A stretch of 64,000 bases of DNA from the human T2T-CHM13v2.0 reference genome, Homo sapiens: the NCBI RefSeq assembly GCF_009914755.1, contig NC_060926.1; one strand, written 5' to 3'. The notes under the pieces were generated by a model. It was not told the DNA's origin and ran no database searches. It saw nothing but the letters and a program-made list of their open reading frames with translations. Positions 17,481 through 32,508 of the stretch are shown here, one piece after another (position 1 is the first letter of the stretch; each line of letters begins with the position of its first letter). A program made the translations under genes and the position numbers.

Positions 17481-20400
17481 CCCAAAAAAGGCAAGTAGAA
17501 CCAAATATCCAGTTTTCAGCATTCCCTAAATATAATTAATTAACCTATGTTAAGGGAGCTAGGATGCAAAGATTGATTTAAATATCTTCATTTAAATGAG
17601 AAGTCAAAGAAAAGCAAAGATGGGCAGTTTAAATGAATGTTCACTCTTTAAGATATCAGTTAGGTGACTGTGGATTTTATGCCCCACGTACATATGTGAC
17701 TTGATATCCTTTACTACATATGTTTTGTCATTAGTTTCATAATGTTCTGAAGTTATCCAAAAATTCTGGTTTAACTTGACTTTGAGCAATTCTACCATCT
17801 GATGTGGGGACAGTTACCAAGACAGAAAACCCTTGAATGAATGAGAAGGAATGCTCTTTACTTCCGGGGGAAAAAAAATCCTTCACTGCCAAAGTCCTCA
17901 GATGTGGTGGCAGAGAGAGCTACAATGACAGCTTCTGCCTTCTTGTTGTGGTATTCACTTAAAATATTCAATTCAAATGTGTGCCCACCATATCCCAAAT
18001 TGCACTTTCACTTCTTAACCTAGCTAGCTGTGCTTTTGCATATTTACAAACTCCCAAAGTAACATCTACTTCCCCTCAGCATAACTCCAAACTTTAGGAG
18101 TAGAAGAAAGTAATTGGGAATGTTGTCTCAAAAGTACAAACCCTCTAGTTCCATTCCTCTAAATCAACTGGGTAGGAAAGTTTGACTCACTTTGATATAA
18201 ACATTAAAAGACTAAATAACAGACCTATAGCAGTACAAAAATACCAAACATCATGAATATACTATAGAGAATAAATGTTCATAAAAGTAAAGATTAAGTG
18301 TAAATATAGCTGTTAACAGCAAAAATGTCTTAATGATATCTATGATGCATAAAATCTTTCAAAAATTTTCTCTATTTTTCAATAACAAATGCTTAATACT
18401 ATGCTTTACTCTGATTTCAATTATTTTGTCAAAAGCAAATTTCATCTTAAATCTATCCTCCTATGAGCAGGTCATAAAAATGGCCTACATGAATCCTTAT
18501 TGATATAATCAATATCAAAATATTTCATTTTTAGTATCTTTTTGTATGAATATAGCTCATACATTTAATTTTTAGTGTTCATTATTACAAACAGTAACCT
18601 TAAGGAATGAGAAAAACTCATTCCTACATGTAAAATTTTAATTATGCCTCAACGATGTGTACTTTTAATTAGTGACATTTCTTTTGTTCAATTATTATTG
18701 TCCTATACAACTGTCATAAACTTATAAATTATAATTAAGCCTGCCCCAAACCCTAGTTATATAGTGTCCACACAGGAATTTGCCAAAAGGCTTAACTGTA
18801 AGTAAACCAACAATGAATAAATCCATGAATTGCTCACTGGGATTTGTTTAACCAATTAACATTTGTGTGGAGATAATGAGGTTCTACAGTCTAAAATACC
18901 AAACAATGTTTTTATAAAACCACATTTTAAAAGTGAAAAATGCTTTTTAAGTGACTTAATTACATATCATATAATTATTATTAGATGCTATAAAATAAAC
19001 TGCATGTCTGTATCTCATATTGAATCCATATGAGAACTAATTTACATTACTAATGAGAACTAATTTATATTATTTAAAAATATTTTTCTTGAACATTTTA
19101 TGTAAATCAGGATACAATTGTGTGCACAGACAAAATCGAACTACAGATTTTGAGCATGCATTAAAGTTTAGACAAATGATTTGAACAAAACATTAAAAGT
19201 TGTGCTGTATCTATATACAACTCAGGATGCATCAAGACAGCAAATTCAATGTTTTGTAGAGATTTATCCCTGAGATGCATTGCAGGTTCAATAGGCAGCA
19301 ATAGTTTGGAATTCCAAATTGTTTACTTGGCCTAAATATTTCTAAATATAAATATAGATAAATCATCCAGCTATAACACCATGGTTTTCATTATCTCAAT
19401 GAGAAAATTAAGTTACTAATTAAATAATAAAATTTCCAAACAATTAATTTTTTATGAGAAAAACTTTTTCCCTAAAGGAGATATTATGTGTGTTAATAAA
19501 ATACACACACGTATTCCTTGAACCTGAATTCTTATTTGTATATTCAATAAAGGACACAGTACTACAATTTTTTCTGTAGTAACAGAATATACTTTATGAA
19601 CTAGCCTCCCTTAACAGAATAAAAATATGTGGTAAGACTCCTATTGCCGTTTATATTTCAATCTAATCAAACTCCTGATTTTTTCAGAATGCTATTAAGT
19701 AATTAGAATAATTTCATTATGAATTAATAAGAAAATATTTATAGACATAAAATTATCTAACTTTTCCTATTAGAGTGCATTTCAGAAACAGCTTGATTTT
19801 TCAGATCCACACTGAAAATTCTTCATATAATTCTTTCAGTTAGCACTATATTAAATACTTCAAAACACAGCATAAACAATAGAAGCAGTGAGAACTCCCA
19901 CTAAGATAGAAATTAACCATGTAGGGGAATGTGAAAATAATATAGAATTTTCCATTTGACTAAATTTGCATTTATGGTAGTAACATTAAGTGCTCATAGA
20001 TTGCACTATAATAGTTGCATAATATCCCTTGCACTAAATATTGGAATTTGCAAATTAGATTTTTATTATGCATTGGGGTTATTTTTTCCTCATGGGACAC
20101 ATTTTAAATTTAATACAAGTCAGTAGAAGAATATGTTTCTATGTTCATTTATGTGCTGTACAGAACACTTTCTGCAAGCATAGCTATTGCATAAATTAAT
20201 AATAATCTCAAATATATCCTAAGATGTAGAAACCTTGTATTTCCAAAGCACATTATATGATACAGTGTGATGCCAAAAGAATAGATACAATTTTAGATGG
20301 GAATCAGGATGCTATCAGATTCTCTGTTACAGTTTATTTACATTTAAAATAATCCTAATTTTCAATAACAATTGATTTTTAGCATTAGGAAAACTACGTG

Positions 20401-20682
20401 CAACAACAAAAACAAAACATAAACTTTGGGGTCAAACATAGTAAGCTTGGAAAATTGGCTCTACTAATCATTCTGAGCCAGGGGCAAATTATCTATAAAC
20501 ACTGAGCCTGTCACATGGTACATACTCAACCCAGAGTAATTGTTAAATTTTTGGCTTGAACTTTTATATACTGAATTTAGAACAAATGCCATTGATTTAA
20601 TTTTGTGTTATTATATTGTGTTAGTCTATTGTTCATTAAGATATTAGGAAGTATATTTGTAACATTAAGCATTTTCGATTCA

Positions 20683-20904
<222 letters not shown>

Positions 20905-21207
20905 TTATGAGAAGAAATGTACAAATTAGCATGTTTTCAGGGAGTAATTTAATAAAATAATTCAAATAGATACAATATTTAAATACTAGGATCTTGTGTT
21001 TCCATAAAATAATTAACCCCAAGTACAAAAGAAGAAAAAATTAAATACTATCTGAAAACAGATAGATTCTGGTTGTTGAATGGTAAATATACATATTAAA
21101 TTAATGTGTATTCTTCTTTAAATTTAAAGCATTATTAACCTTTTCTTGTATTTGTAAAATACTGAATAGTAAAACTAACTGAAACTTTCTAAAAGTAATA
21201 TATTTTC

Positions 21208-21425
21208 ATCTTATTTCTTTTTTATTTTACTGAGACAGGGTCTTGCTCTGTCACCCAGACTGGTGGGCAGTGGCATGATCACAGCTCACTGCAGCCTCAA
21301 CTTCCTGGGCTCCAGTGATCCTCCCACCTCCACTTTCCAAGTAGCTGGGACTATATTGTGCACCACCACACGTGGCCAATTTTTAAATTTTTTGTAGAGA
21401 CAGGTTCTCACTGTGTTGCCTAGGC
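21208..21425 (-). mobile_element. 5'-truncated AluJ-like SINE
   Basis: AluJ-type right monomer (gagacagggtcttgctctgtcaccc...gctcactgcagcctcaac) plus a partial left monomer. ~21-bp TSD ttctaaaagta(a/t)tatattttc at 21187-21207 and 21426-21446. Confidence 0.88.
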
Positions 21426-24415
21426 TTCTAAAAGTATTATATTTTCCAACCAAGAAATCTTCCTTATAATATGGACAAACATAGCTTATTTTTAGGAGTA
21501 GTTGCTATTAAAAAAGAAAACTTTAAATTTGTAAGATACATTTATAGCATATGCACACACATACACACACTATTTGTTCTATAGCCTATGCGTGTGTGAA
21601 TATACATAGTATAGAGAAATGTTTACATGAAGAGAGACTCTTTGATGTTGGTCCTTATTAACCATATATAAATCTCCCAAACTAAAAGTCATTGAGATTT
21701 GGTACAAGTTGGTGACAGAACAGTGTCAGAAACATTTCTGTGTGTAACATTTATCCTAAATGATTCCGTAGAGTCTACCTACTTAATAACATTTTGACTC
21801 AGAATAAAAAAGGTTGGACATTCCTTGGGGTAGCAAAATTATTTTTAACAATATGGCAAGTATAATTTATGATAAAGATAGGTTTGGAATCATTTTCTAG
21901 GTTATTTTGCTGTGCATATTGGCATGGCCTTCTCCGTTAGAAATGCTGCTTTGCTGTGAGCAACATAGAGTGTTCAATGGAACAAAACTGATTGAGAAAG
22001 TTGTAATAAGCATTCTATTCTAGAATATGCCCTTTACTATAGTAATGTCCATTTTATAGTTAAAGTAGGTAAAATCAAAACAATTTATGATCCTTTTTCA
22101 AGATGCACTGGCACATACATGACAGAAGCTTGAATATATCACTGCAATGATTTCAAGAGCATCTTTAAGCACCTCAGTGGCTTCAAATGACACAATGATT
22201 CAAGTATCGTGTCCACTGTCATAAATAGAAACTGTCAGCAGTGCCATACAATTCTGAGACTTGCCTCATTGAAAAGTTTCTAATACATTGTCATGTAGGC
22301 AGGATTCAGATTGGCATTACTGAAGTTTGTATTTGTAATATGAATAACTCTCTCATGACGTAATAGAAATATAAAAAATTACAGTGGTATAATGAGACCC
22401 GTGTAGGTCCTGGTTCTGCCGCTTACTAGGCATACAAGTTACCTGATTTGAGCCTCAGTTACTTCACTTTAAAATGTCCTTAATGACAAATACACAAGTT
22501 AACTCAGGTTTGTATGACTAGTAAATAAGAAATGGGAAAAAAAATATAAAATATAAAATTGTAACACTTTGTAAATATTAAGTACATAAGTGTTAAGTAT
22601 GTACCATACACACATATACACAAATGAAAATTTGACTTCAGCCCTTATCGACTGTATCTAGACTAGGAGAAAGATGAAGCGCTGACAGTTGGGTCTCCAA
22701 AGTGTACTGTAAAATTTCAACAGGCGATTGATATGTTCATTTGTTAAAGTAAGCAAGTAGCATTCTTATTCAGCATTATCGACCGAGTGCCCAGAAGGTT
22801 TACAGAGGATGGAGCTCCGGCGGAATACCATCTAGGCAGACCTATGGGTGAGCACTGGAGGAAATGAATGAAAGTTACTGTGAGTGGACATGAATGAAAG
22901 TCACTGTAAGCGGACCTGGATTGGAGAGGGTAAAGAAAGGAATTACAATAGGTAAGTGATTTTGAAGAAAGAAGCAGTAAGAGAAGATCCATGGATTTTA
23001 GACTCCACCCCAAAGGTAATGTGGTGTCTTGGAAGGGTAATGTACTGGCAGGGGTTAAAATGGCAGCTTAAAAAAGCAGGGAGACTCTCAGAACTTCGTA
23101 TACATTATCCAGGATAGGTAAGATGATGACCCAAAATAGAGTAATGTGGGATGAATAAATGTGGATGTATTCTAAAGGTCATTCAGAGGTAAAAATCACA
23201 GCAGTGTTATGTAAAGAAAAATGAGGAAAAATTAAGGATGATTCTTCAGTTTCTGACCAGGACAATTAGGTGGGAACACAAGGATGATGGGAAATGGAGG
23301 GGTAGTTTTGAGGTGGCATACTAAATTGAAGATGCCCTTGCAAATGTAAGTGGGAATCTCCAGCAAATAATTGAATACAGAGATCAAACTCTCAAGAAAT
23401 ACGCAGAGTGGAAATATGCTTGTTTAATTTAAAATTTACCAAAGCATTTCTAACTCAGTCAACGTTATTTGTCCTAATAAAGGTTGTGGATGTGGACAGT
23501 GAAGATAAGCACTTAAGGCATTATGATCATAGATAGGATTATTATGGGGTACTCATTTTTACCTGTCAGTTCTATGAAAACCACAAGGATTTTCAAAATC
23601 CTTACATGTTAGGGCATGCGCGTTACTATAACGTGCCTCATTAGGCACCAGAAATTTTAAAGTACAACACTGCCTGATGAAATGGAAGTGGAGTTACATT
23701 CTTGCAAAACTCATAATAATGGTTCTATAATGAAAAAGAAAGCTGCTTTTGTCAATAACTAAATCACCCCCAGAAGCCAACCTCCAGCAATTATAATCAA
23801 CTATAGGAAAAAGCAGGTGAACACTTCCCCAAGAATGAGTAATATTTGAATTTCAAATTTCTTACACAAAGATTAAAAATGTTCAGGGTGCTCATCAGTT
23901 AACAATAGCAGCCAGAGGTAGGCAAATAATTATAAAGAAATGAAAAGCTTGGCTATAGCAAATGTTAATGTCAGAAAAAAAATAACTAGCATTTATCTTC
24001 AGCAATCAATAATTCTGAAATCCACTCATTTATGTTCCAACTAAAATGGTCCAAACTGTTTATTTTTCAAGACCTATATGTGTAAAGGCTAATTTGAGTG
24101 TTGTTATCACTTTGATTAAATGTAAGATTTTCTCTTACATTACAAGAATGGGCTTTGAGGTTTCTGAAATCATGCCTTTTAAGCAGGGTTGAAAGAGCAA
24201 AACACATCTCCAAAAAAAGTTTTAGATCGTGGATAAGTGTGCATGTAAATAAGCAAGATTCCTTCTTTCAAGCATAAAATGATACAATTTGGTGACTTAA
24301 TGCAGCCAAAAACTTGTTTCATTTTCTTACCTACCTCAAAGTGACATATTGATTTTAAAGGGCTATGTGTCTACTTTTTGCAAGGTATTGTGCTAGCCCT
24401 TCTATGCACGTTATT

Positions 24416-24465
24416 GCTAGAATTTCCAATAACTCTGGAAGCTAGAATTTCCAATAACTCTGGAA
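24416..24465. repeat. Perfect 25-bp tandem duplication
   Basis: gctagaatttccaataactctggaa twice. Confidence 0.95.
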
Positions 24466-25312
24466 ATGGGTACTCTGGGTGACACAGAGATACTGGGATG
24501 TATTGTGTGACGATTAACAGAGTGGACCACCTACATTCACCCTGGGGTGCCACCATTTACTAAGTAATGTTAGACAATCAAATGAGCTTCTAATGCTTCC
24601 ATTTTATCTGTAAAATAGGAGAAATTACTAGATAATAAAATCTGAAGATTAAATAAATTCATATATGTCTACAAACATACATAGAATTTGCTTTCCTCAT
24701 AGGTTTTCAAAATATTTAGTATTATTACTAATGTCAGTGGTAGTAATATTAGTAGTATTTATTGTTAATTTGATGTTATATAGAATAAACTGAGACCAAG
24801 GGACGCAGGTATAGAGTCCAAGCACAACAAAGTTATTTAAGTGGTAGACTTCGGCCTAATCTAAAGCTTCATCTCAGCCCTGTACTAGGTCATGTCCTTG
24901 CAGGGTATTCATAGAGTTTAGTTTTGGACACATAATTTGGACCAAACAAAGAGGAAAGGAGGAGGATTATGTAGAAGAGGTTGTGGAAACATGGGATTAC
25001 ACAGAAGAGGATTACATAAAAGAGGAAAGGAAAACCACCAAAAACTGTCTGAAACTTGACTCTAAACAATACTTGTAACATCAGAGCCAATGTAAAAGTC
25101 ACTTGGTAGCATTATTAGTTTATTTCTGTGCATTATCCTAATCTCTCTCCTAAATGCCTCTCTCACCCAAATTTTCTAAGTAGATACAGTACAGAGGAGG
25201 CACCTGTGAGGGCAATGGGTGAGGGATTATGTGGAACTGCTGAAGGTATGACATTTCTACAGAAAAGTTGTCGACAGTTAAAGGATCTGTTTCTGAGAGG
25301 TTAAGTGGAATA

Positions 25313-25520
25313 TAACACAGGAACAGAAAACCAAATGCCACATGTTCTCACTTATTAGTGGGAGCTAAATGATGAGAATGCATGGATACACAAGAGAAAC
25401 AACACACACTGCGGCCTTTTGGAGGGTGAAGGGTGGGAGGAGGGAGAGGATTGGGAAAAATAACTAATGGATACTAGGCTTAATACCTGGGTGACACTTT
25501 GCAGAGTTTACCTCTATGAC
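25313..25520 (+). mobile_element. L1PA13-16-like 3'UTR fragment
   Basis: acacaggaacagaaaaccaaa...gtgggagctaaatgatgagaa...aaaaataactaatgg...ctaggcttaatacctgggtga. Confidence 0.85.
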
Positions 25521-26389
25521 GCAGGCAGAACAGCTTTTGAGAACGTGGTACTAACAATATTTGGAAATGTTCACTTGATTCTCTTATTCCCCTATCACAG
25601 TTGAGATAACAGCTACTCTGACTGGGAGAATGGATAAAGGGGAAGGGAGCATCCCAGTGCCATGATGGCATCCCTTTTCAATAATTGGCACCAAAATGCC
25701 CGTCCAAAATACCAATCATGATTCACACTTAGCTCTCTGTTACAAATTTTCCAACCTTATTACCCAAAACAGGGCTTCACACTTCTACACACTAACTAAA
25801 ATGAATGACTTATTATTTCCTTTACCCACCATATTTCCATACTTCTCAGACAGCTTTTCTGTCTTAGTGTCCTCCTCCCTCCTTCCATTTAATCTAAATC
25901 CAATCTGCCTTTGCAGACCTTGTTTAAATGTCATATCCTATAGGAAATTCTGACTGATCCCCTATTTGAATAATAATCTGAATTCTCCTAATAGTTTTAA
26001 CTCTGTCTCTTCTGTGGCTTGTGTCACTGGCCACATAAACATCTATTTATTGGTGCTTATCTTATTCATCAATTCATCTTTTCAAACGCTTCGGCTCTGC
26101 ATATCAAATGCTTAAAGAATATAAAATGAAAGTACTACAATAGTTTTAGACACTGAGTGCCTTATAAAGAGCACAAGTCTTCAAATTGGATGTAACCTTC
26201 AGCAGAGAACAAAGAGAAAAATCATGCAGAGGTGGAGATGCTGACTGTGAGGGTAAGGACCCAGAGTCCACGTGAGGAGTGCATTCTAGCAGAGGGAAAT
26301 ACAACAGGTAACAAACCCTGCCATGAATAATGTCTGTACCTCATTGGAAAATGTTTGCTGTGATCCTCCAGTGATTTTGGAGCGCTACA

Positions 26390-26527
26390 TTTTTTTTTTT
26401 TCCTTTTTGTGGAGAATGGGTACTTGCTATGTTGCCCAGGCAGGTCTCGAACCCCTGGGTTCAAGCTGTCCTCTGGTCTCTGCCTCCTTAAGTGCTGTGA
26501 TTACAGGTGTGAGCCACCACGCCTGGC
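26390..26527 (-). mobile_element. FLAM/AluJ left monomer
   Basis: poly(T), then gctatgttgcccaggcaggtctcgaacccctggg...gattacaggtgtgagccaccacgcctggc. Confidence 0.85.
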
Positions 26528-26564
26528 AAGAACACTGCCTTTGTGTCTGTGACATAAAATTTAG

Positions 26565-27057
<493 letters not shown>

Positions 27058-27760
27058 TTAATATTTAGCATCTGAAGTAATGTTTCAATTTTTATTGATT
27101 ATTCCAGCTTCTAGCTTCTGAAATACAAACTGCATGAATGAAAAAAATCTTATCCATTTTGTTTCTGTTAGTTTTTAGTTTTTACATTAGTGTTATGCCT
27201 TCCTTCATCAGCCCTCATAATTATTATAATTATCATAATTATCAAAGAATAATTATTATTATTCTTTGTGGTAATAGCAGTAGTAGTAGTATTGTAAGTC
27301 CCATTTTACAGAGAAGAAGCTAAAATTTGGTTTCTAAATTAATTCTCAATTTCTAAGTTAGTGTTTGGCACACAAGAGGTAATCAATAGAAATGTATTGA
27401 ATAAATAAATGGATTTTGGGGCTGAGTTGAAACCCATAGCAGAATGTTCTCAAAAAATATTGTTTTATCTAATAGAAGAGTTATAAAAAAAATCTCTTTT
27501 GGGTCTGTGAGTGACTTCAAAGTTCTCGATCTGTTGTTAAGTGCCTGTAAATGTTCAATGCTGCTTTGTGAATAAATGCAGAATGAATTGTTTGAAAGTC
27601 TTCTCCAGAGAAAAGTACAGTTTACACAGGCATTCAAGAACCACTGCTATCAAGGTAGCTAAACTGATGATGGAACAGATAATTTCACTCCATTTCACGA
27701 GGTGTGAAATTTTATGATAAGGATTAATTCATTATTTACAGAATAATAAAGTATACCCAC

Positions 27761-27886
27761 CTAACAGGCTGTCATCATTGCAGGTGCCATTAATCAAATA
27801 TTTTCCTTCTGGACACACACAAGTGGCCCCAGAAGGATTTAGCAAGCAAAGAAATTCGCATGCTAAATCCAAGCATGGATTGGGTA
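27761..27886 (-). CDS. LRP1B: LRP1B exon (~82), 126 nt, EGF repeat capping the propeller
   Basis: caccag|TACCCAAT...CTGTTAG|gtgggt. Encodes (L)[41 protein letters not shown]. Phase 1-1. Confidence 0.96.
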
Positions 27887-29288
27887 CTGGTGAAACAAAA
27901 GAAAACAAAGAAGTGTGTAAATATAGATACAATAGGCTTCAAAAGCATAAAATTAAATAAGGCGAAATGATTAATTAGCAATGTTGAAAAGTAATCACAT
28001 TAAATTTCCACTGATGTGGAGTATCTCACTCAATATCATCATTCTCCTTTATAGGTGAAGAAAAATTACCCAATGCTCATCATTAATAGTAAGTTTGCCT
28101 TATTTATATTTTCCAAAAGAGAGAAGAAATTATTCAAATCTATACCTTGTTACTTTTGCTTCTAATTGCTTTTGGCATAAGAGTTGGTCCTAGAACCTGA
28201 AGTACCATTGGGACTGTGTTGGAAACTAAAGCCAATGGAAGTTTTGGGGGGATCTGACCTTCATTTCAACAGCTTATTTATTTTACAGAGCTGTTCTAAC
28301 AGACAAAAACAATCCCCCCGCCTTGTATTTATTAATAAAAAGGATGAAAATGCATATGTAGCTTGTCAGTACAAGGTATAAATGAAAAATACGACTTTTT
28401 TTTTGAAAAGACATGTCTAAAGTGGCTTCCTTTCCATCAAGTAGGAGTTTGTGTGCATGTCTAAATGTGTGCCATACATATTTTTGTTTAAATTTTTATC
28501 CAATCAGCATCCTTTGCAGTCATAGCTGATTTTTGACCTTTCCTAGAGATTATTTCATCAGAATTAAACAGAAAGGGCACCCAGGTAGCTGAGCTGGTGA
28601 CTATGAGAGTGGCTTTTTTTCTGGAAGAACCACTACTCAAATGCCTATTATATTCAAGACAGGGTTTTGTCTACTTTTTATGAATGTGGCAATATTCAAC
28701 TATGAATATAAAAAAGAACTGGAGGATGAGAGAAACTGTCCTCATATTAACCTTGGAACCTTATATGCCAAATTATTGGTAAAGAGCAGCAAGACTTTGG
28801 ATAAAATTTCAGGATGTTTTAGGAAACTCTATTTGGTTTTATCTGTTGTGAGAAGTGATTTGAATAAACACCAACTGTTATCTTTCCAGATAAATGCACC
28901 AAACAAGATAAAATCCATTTCATTTGCCATAAATAGTAATTACAAATAACCCTTCAACAGCATCTTGAAGAGCGAACTGATCATTAGAATTTCAGCCATA
29001 TTATTATTTTTCACTTTGTTGTTCACTGTTTTTGATAGCTGTGTTAGAAATATATTTTCAAGAGAATTACCTTAATTACCTCAATGACTTACCCACTCCT
29101 TTCTAGGAGGGAGACTAACAATAAGTCATATACAATAAATCAGAGAAAATATACAACTCTTGGGAAGAGTTCTTTTTGTATATATTTAAGAATGATAGTT
29201 ACTTGTTGATTAGTGGTAAGAGTCAAAATGGCTAACAATAAATTTCCTTCCTTAGATAGTTCGTCTATGCACTCACAAGGTTCTATTA

Positions 29289-29420
29289 ACACCTAATGCT
29301 AAATGATGAGTTACTGGGTGCAGCACACCAACATGGCACATGTATACATATGTAACAAACCTGCACATTGTGCACATGTACCCTAAAACTTAAAGTATAA
29401 TAATAATAAAATAAAAGAAT
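29289..29420 (+). mobile_element. Short young L1PA (about PA2-5) 3' terminus
   Basis: cctaatgctaaatgatgagttactgggtgcagcacaccaacatggcacatgtatacatatgtaacaaacctgcacattgtgcacatgtaccctaaaacttaaagtataat with an A-rich tail. Confidence 0.9.
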
Positions 29421-29673
29421 TTTAGAAACAGAATAACAGATTATTGTAAGAAAGACAGTTTTAATTTCAAGAAAACATGGCCAAATGCTGAACATTTTCC
29501 CAATTACAGCAGAAATAGAATTATCTATAGTTTGGTAAGTTGAAAAAGTCTAGTGACATCAAAATTAAAGTTACTTAAGTTACTGAGGTTAAGACATTTA
29601 CATAGTTAAGATATTTAAAAATATATTATTTTGAGAGATACAAGAAAATAATTTACCAATATAGACAACTTCA

Positions 29674-29895
<222 letters not shown>

Positions 29896-31553
29896 TTAAT
29901 GTATATACTCAGACTTTAAAAACTATGTTTATCCAAGACGATATTGAAAACCTTATTACTGTTTAAAAATAAACTTTCAGAATTGGAATATTTACAATAT
30001 TAGCTATGAAGTTCTTAGAATTAATATATCTGAAGTAAGGATATGCAATATAGTAAACATGTTACTTAAAACATAAAAATACACTTCCATCATCATTTAA
30101 CCATCTTTACCATCACAAAGCATTTTCTGGGGGTTATTATTTGCAGACTAATCCTCTCTGCTATGCAGTTGACAAAAGAAAAGCCAATGTTATCTGTAGT
30201 ATACAAACAGGCAATTTACACAACTCAGTTTGTGTTCTGGATCAAATAAATGATCAAATTACATGCCCAAATGACTGGTTTATTAAGCAATCAATCAATC
30301 AGTTGATTTTTAATGAGTAAATCCAAAAATAATATTTGACATTACTATTATTCATTTCAGAAGTGGAATAAAGAAAACAGTTAAATGAAAATCATTCTTC
30401 ATCTGATTAGTTTGTCTAAAAATAATAGTAACCATTATTTTCACATCTTGTGATTTATTTTCAGAGATTTTATAGAATAATTATTCTAACTTTTGAAACT
30501 GAAATTTATAACAAAACGACATTTATATTTTACTAATTATCTAGAGGTTGTAAAGTATAAAGTGTCTTTATATTCATATATTTTTCTTTGCTGTTTCATG
30601 AAATAGTAAAATGTGTACCAAAGCCAGAACAAGTTAACTTCATTGTAATTAATTACAGGGATCTGAACTTTTTTTTTTTTTTCCATCTGAGGCCATTGAT
30701 TAAAAAAAAAACACACACACTTTAGGCAAAGGCACAATAAAAATTTGATTTAGTTGTTTTTCTTTTAACTTCCCTGTGTTATTAAAAAAAGGGAAGCAAA
30801 GCTATATTCAGTAAATATATAACATGCAAATATAAAAATTTAAAGTGGATATGATAATTTGTGGTTACAAAAAAATTGTGGGAAGGAGTTGAAGTAGGGA
30901 AAAGAAAGTGAAACAGAAAGGGAAGAAATTAAATTCAGCAGAAAGAACTGAGACAGCCAGGCAGAGAAAAAGTATGAGGAAGAGAAGGGAGCTGGAAATA
31001 TGAGACAGTAAAAAATAGGAGCCAGGCAGATAGGTGGGCATAAAACCGGTATAGCAACAGAGGAGCACAAGTAGATTAAGCAGTCACTGGTGGTAGAGTT
31101 AAATGGTCATTTTTGACACATCACTGTTTATGTGAATAAGGGTATATCCTTCGGTGGTAACAATCATTACTGTGATATTTTGCTACATACAGTAACTCAT
31201 TGTTTGCTTGTTATTGCAATTGAAATAAAAGTTAGTGTCCACAGGTGCTGATCTTGACTACTGAAAGTGTTCTGCTCAGAATGGAATAGCCACGGAAGCC
31301 ACAGAATGAAATTATTTTCTGAATCTGGGCAGCAATGGCCATGTTTGTTCAAGTCAAGATGGACAAACTTCTGCCCTGGCCTCTATGTTTTTCCAGTAGG
31401 AATGAAAATTTTAATTACTAGTAAGCCTTATAAGTTGAAAGGAGAAAGAATTTAAGAAAATCCAGAATGCAAAGTAAAGTATCCATACTTACATTTTTGT
31501 ATTAGTATTTAACACTCTCAGTAACAATTAAAAATGAAGACAAAAGCACTTCA

Positions 31554-31784
<231 letters not shown>

Positions 31785-32239
31785 TCATAGAAATTACCTG
31801 GTGCCCATCATGAAACTGTAGAAATTAGAAAAAGTAACTCAGTCTTTATCTCAAATACATAGGTTCAGACTACATGGCATTTACTTAACAAATTCTAGCA
31901 AAAGTCTTATTTCACATAGGAAAGTCTGTCCTAAATATCCCTTCTAGCCATATTTGTGGTTTCTTAATTTTAGCTATTCTCTAATAGACTTTTCTTTAAT
32001 ATTTCCATTTTCATCTTCATATTATATGGAGAATGAATTCATTATTTAAATCATTTATCGGACCATTATTTAAAATGAATTAGTATATGTATTTTTAATT
32101 CCTTCACGAAGGTACAGTTCTCAGAATATACAAGGTTCATGTATTTAATTAAAATATATTTTCACCCATTCAGAGTTGGCCAACGGTGTTATCGGATATC
32201 TGTGTGCATGCTGAAGTTAATGTGACTAAAGATTGATAT

Positions 32240-32508
32240 TAGCTGGGTGTGGTGGCTCACGCCTGTAATCCCACCACTTTGGGAGCCTGAGGCGGGACGG
32301 TCAGGAGATTGAGACCAGCTGGCCAACATGGTGAAACCCTGTCTCTACTAAAAATACAAAAATTAGCAGGGAGTGGTGTCTGGCACCTGCAATTCCAGCT
32401 ACTCCGGAGGCTGAGGCAGGAGAATCACTTGAACCTGGGAGGCAGAGGTCAGTGAGCTGAGATCAGCCTAGGCAACAGAGTGAGACCCCCTGCCTCAAAA
32501 AAAAAAAA
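32240..32508 (+). mobile_element. Alu SINE (AluS-like) with small internal deletions
   Basis: gctgggtgtggtggctcacgcctgtaatccc...gagtgagacc followed by poly(A). Missing short segments near ggatcacga and gccactgcactcc. Confidence 0.9.

Noticed and set aside
23585-23603. Palindrome aaggattttcaaaatcctt
   Set aside because: A single short AT-rich inverted repeat, plausible by chance in 64 kb.
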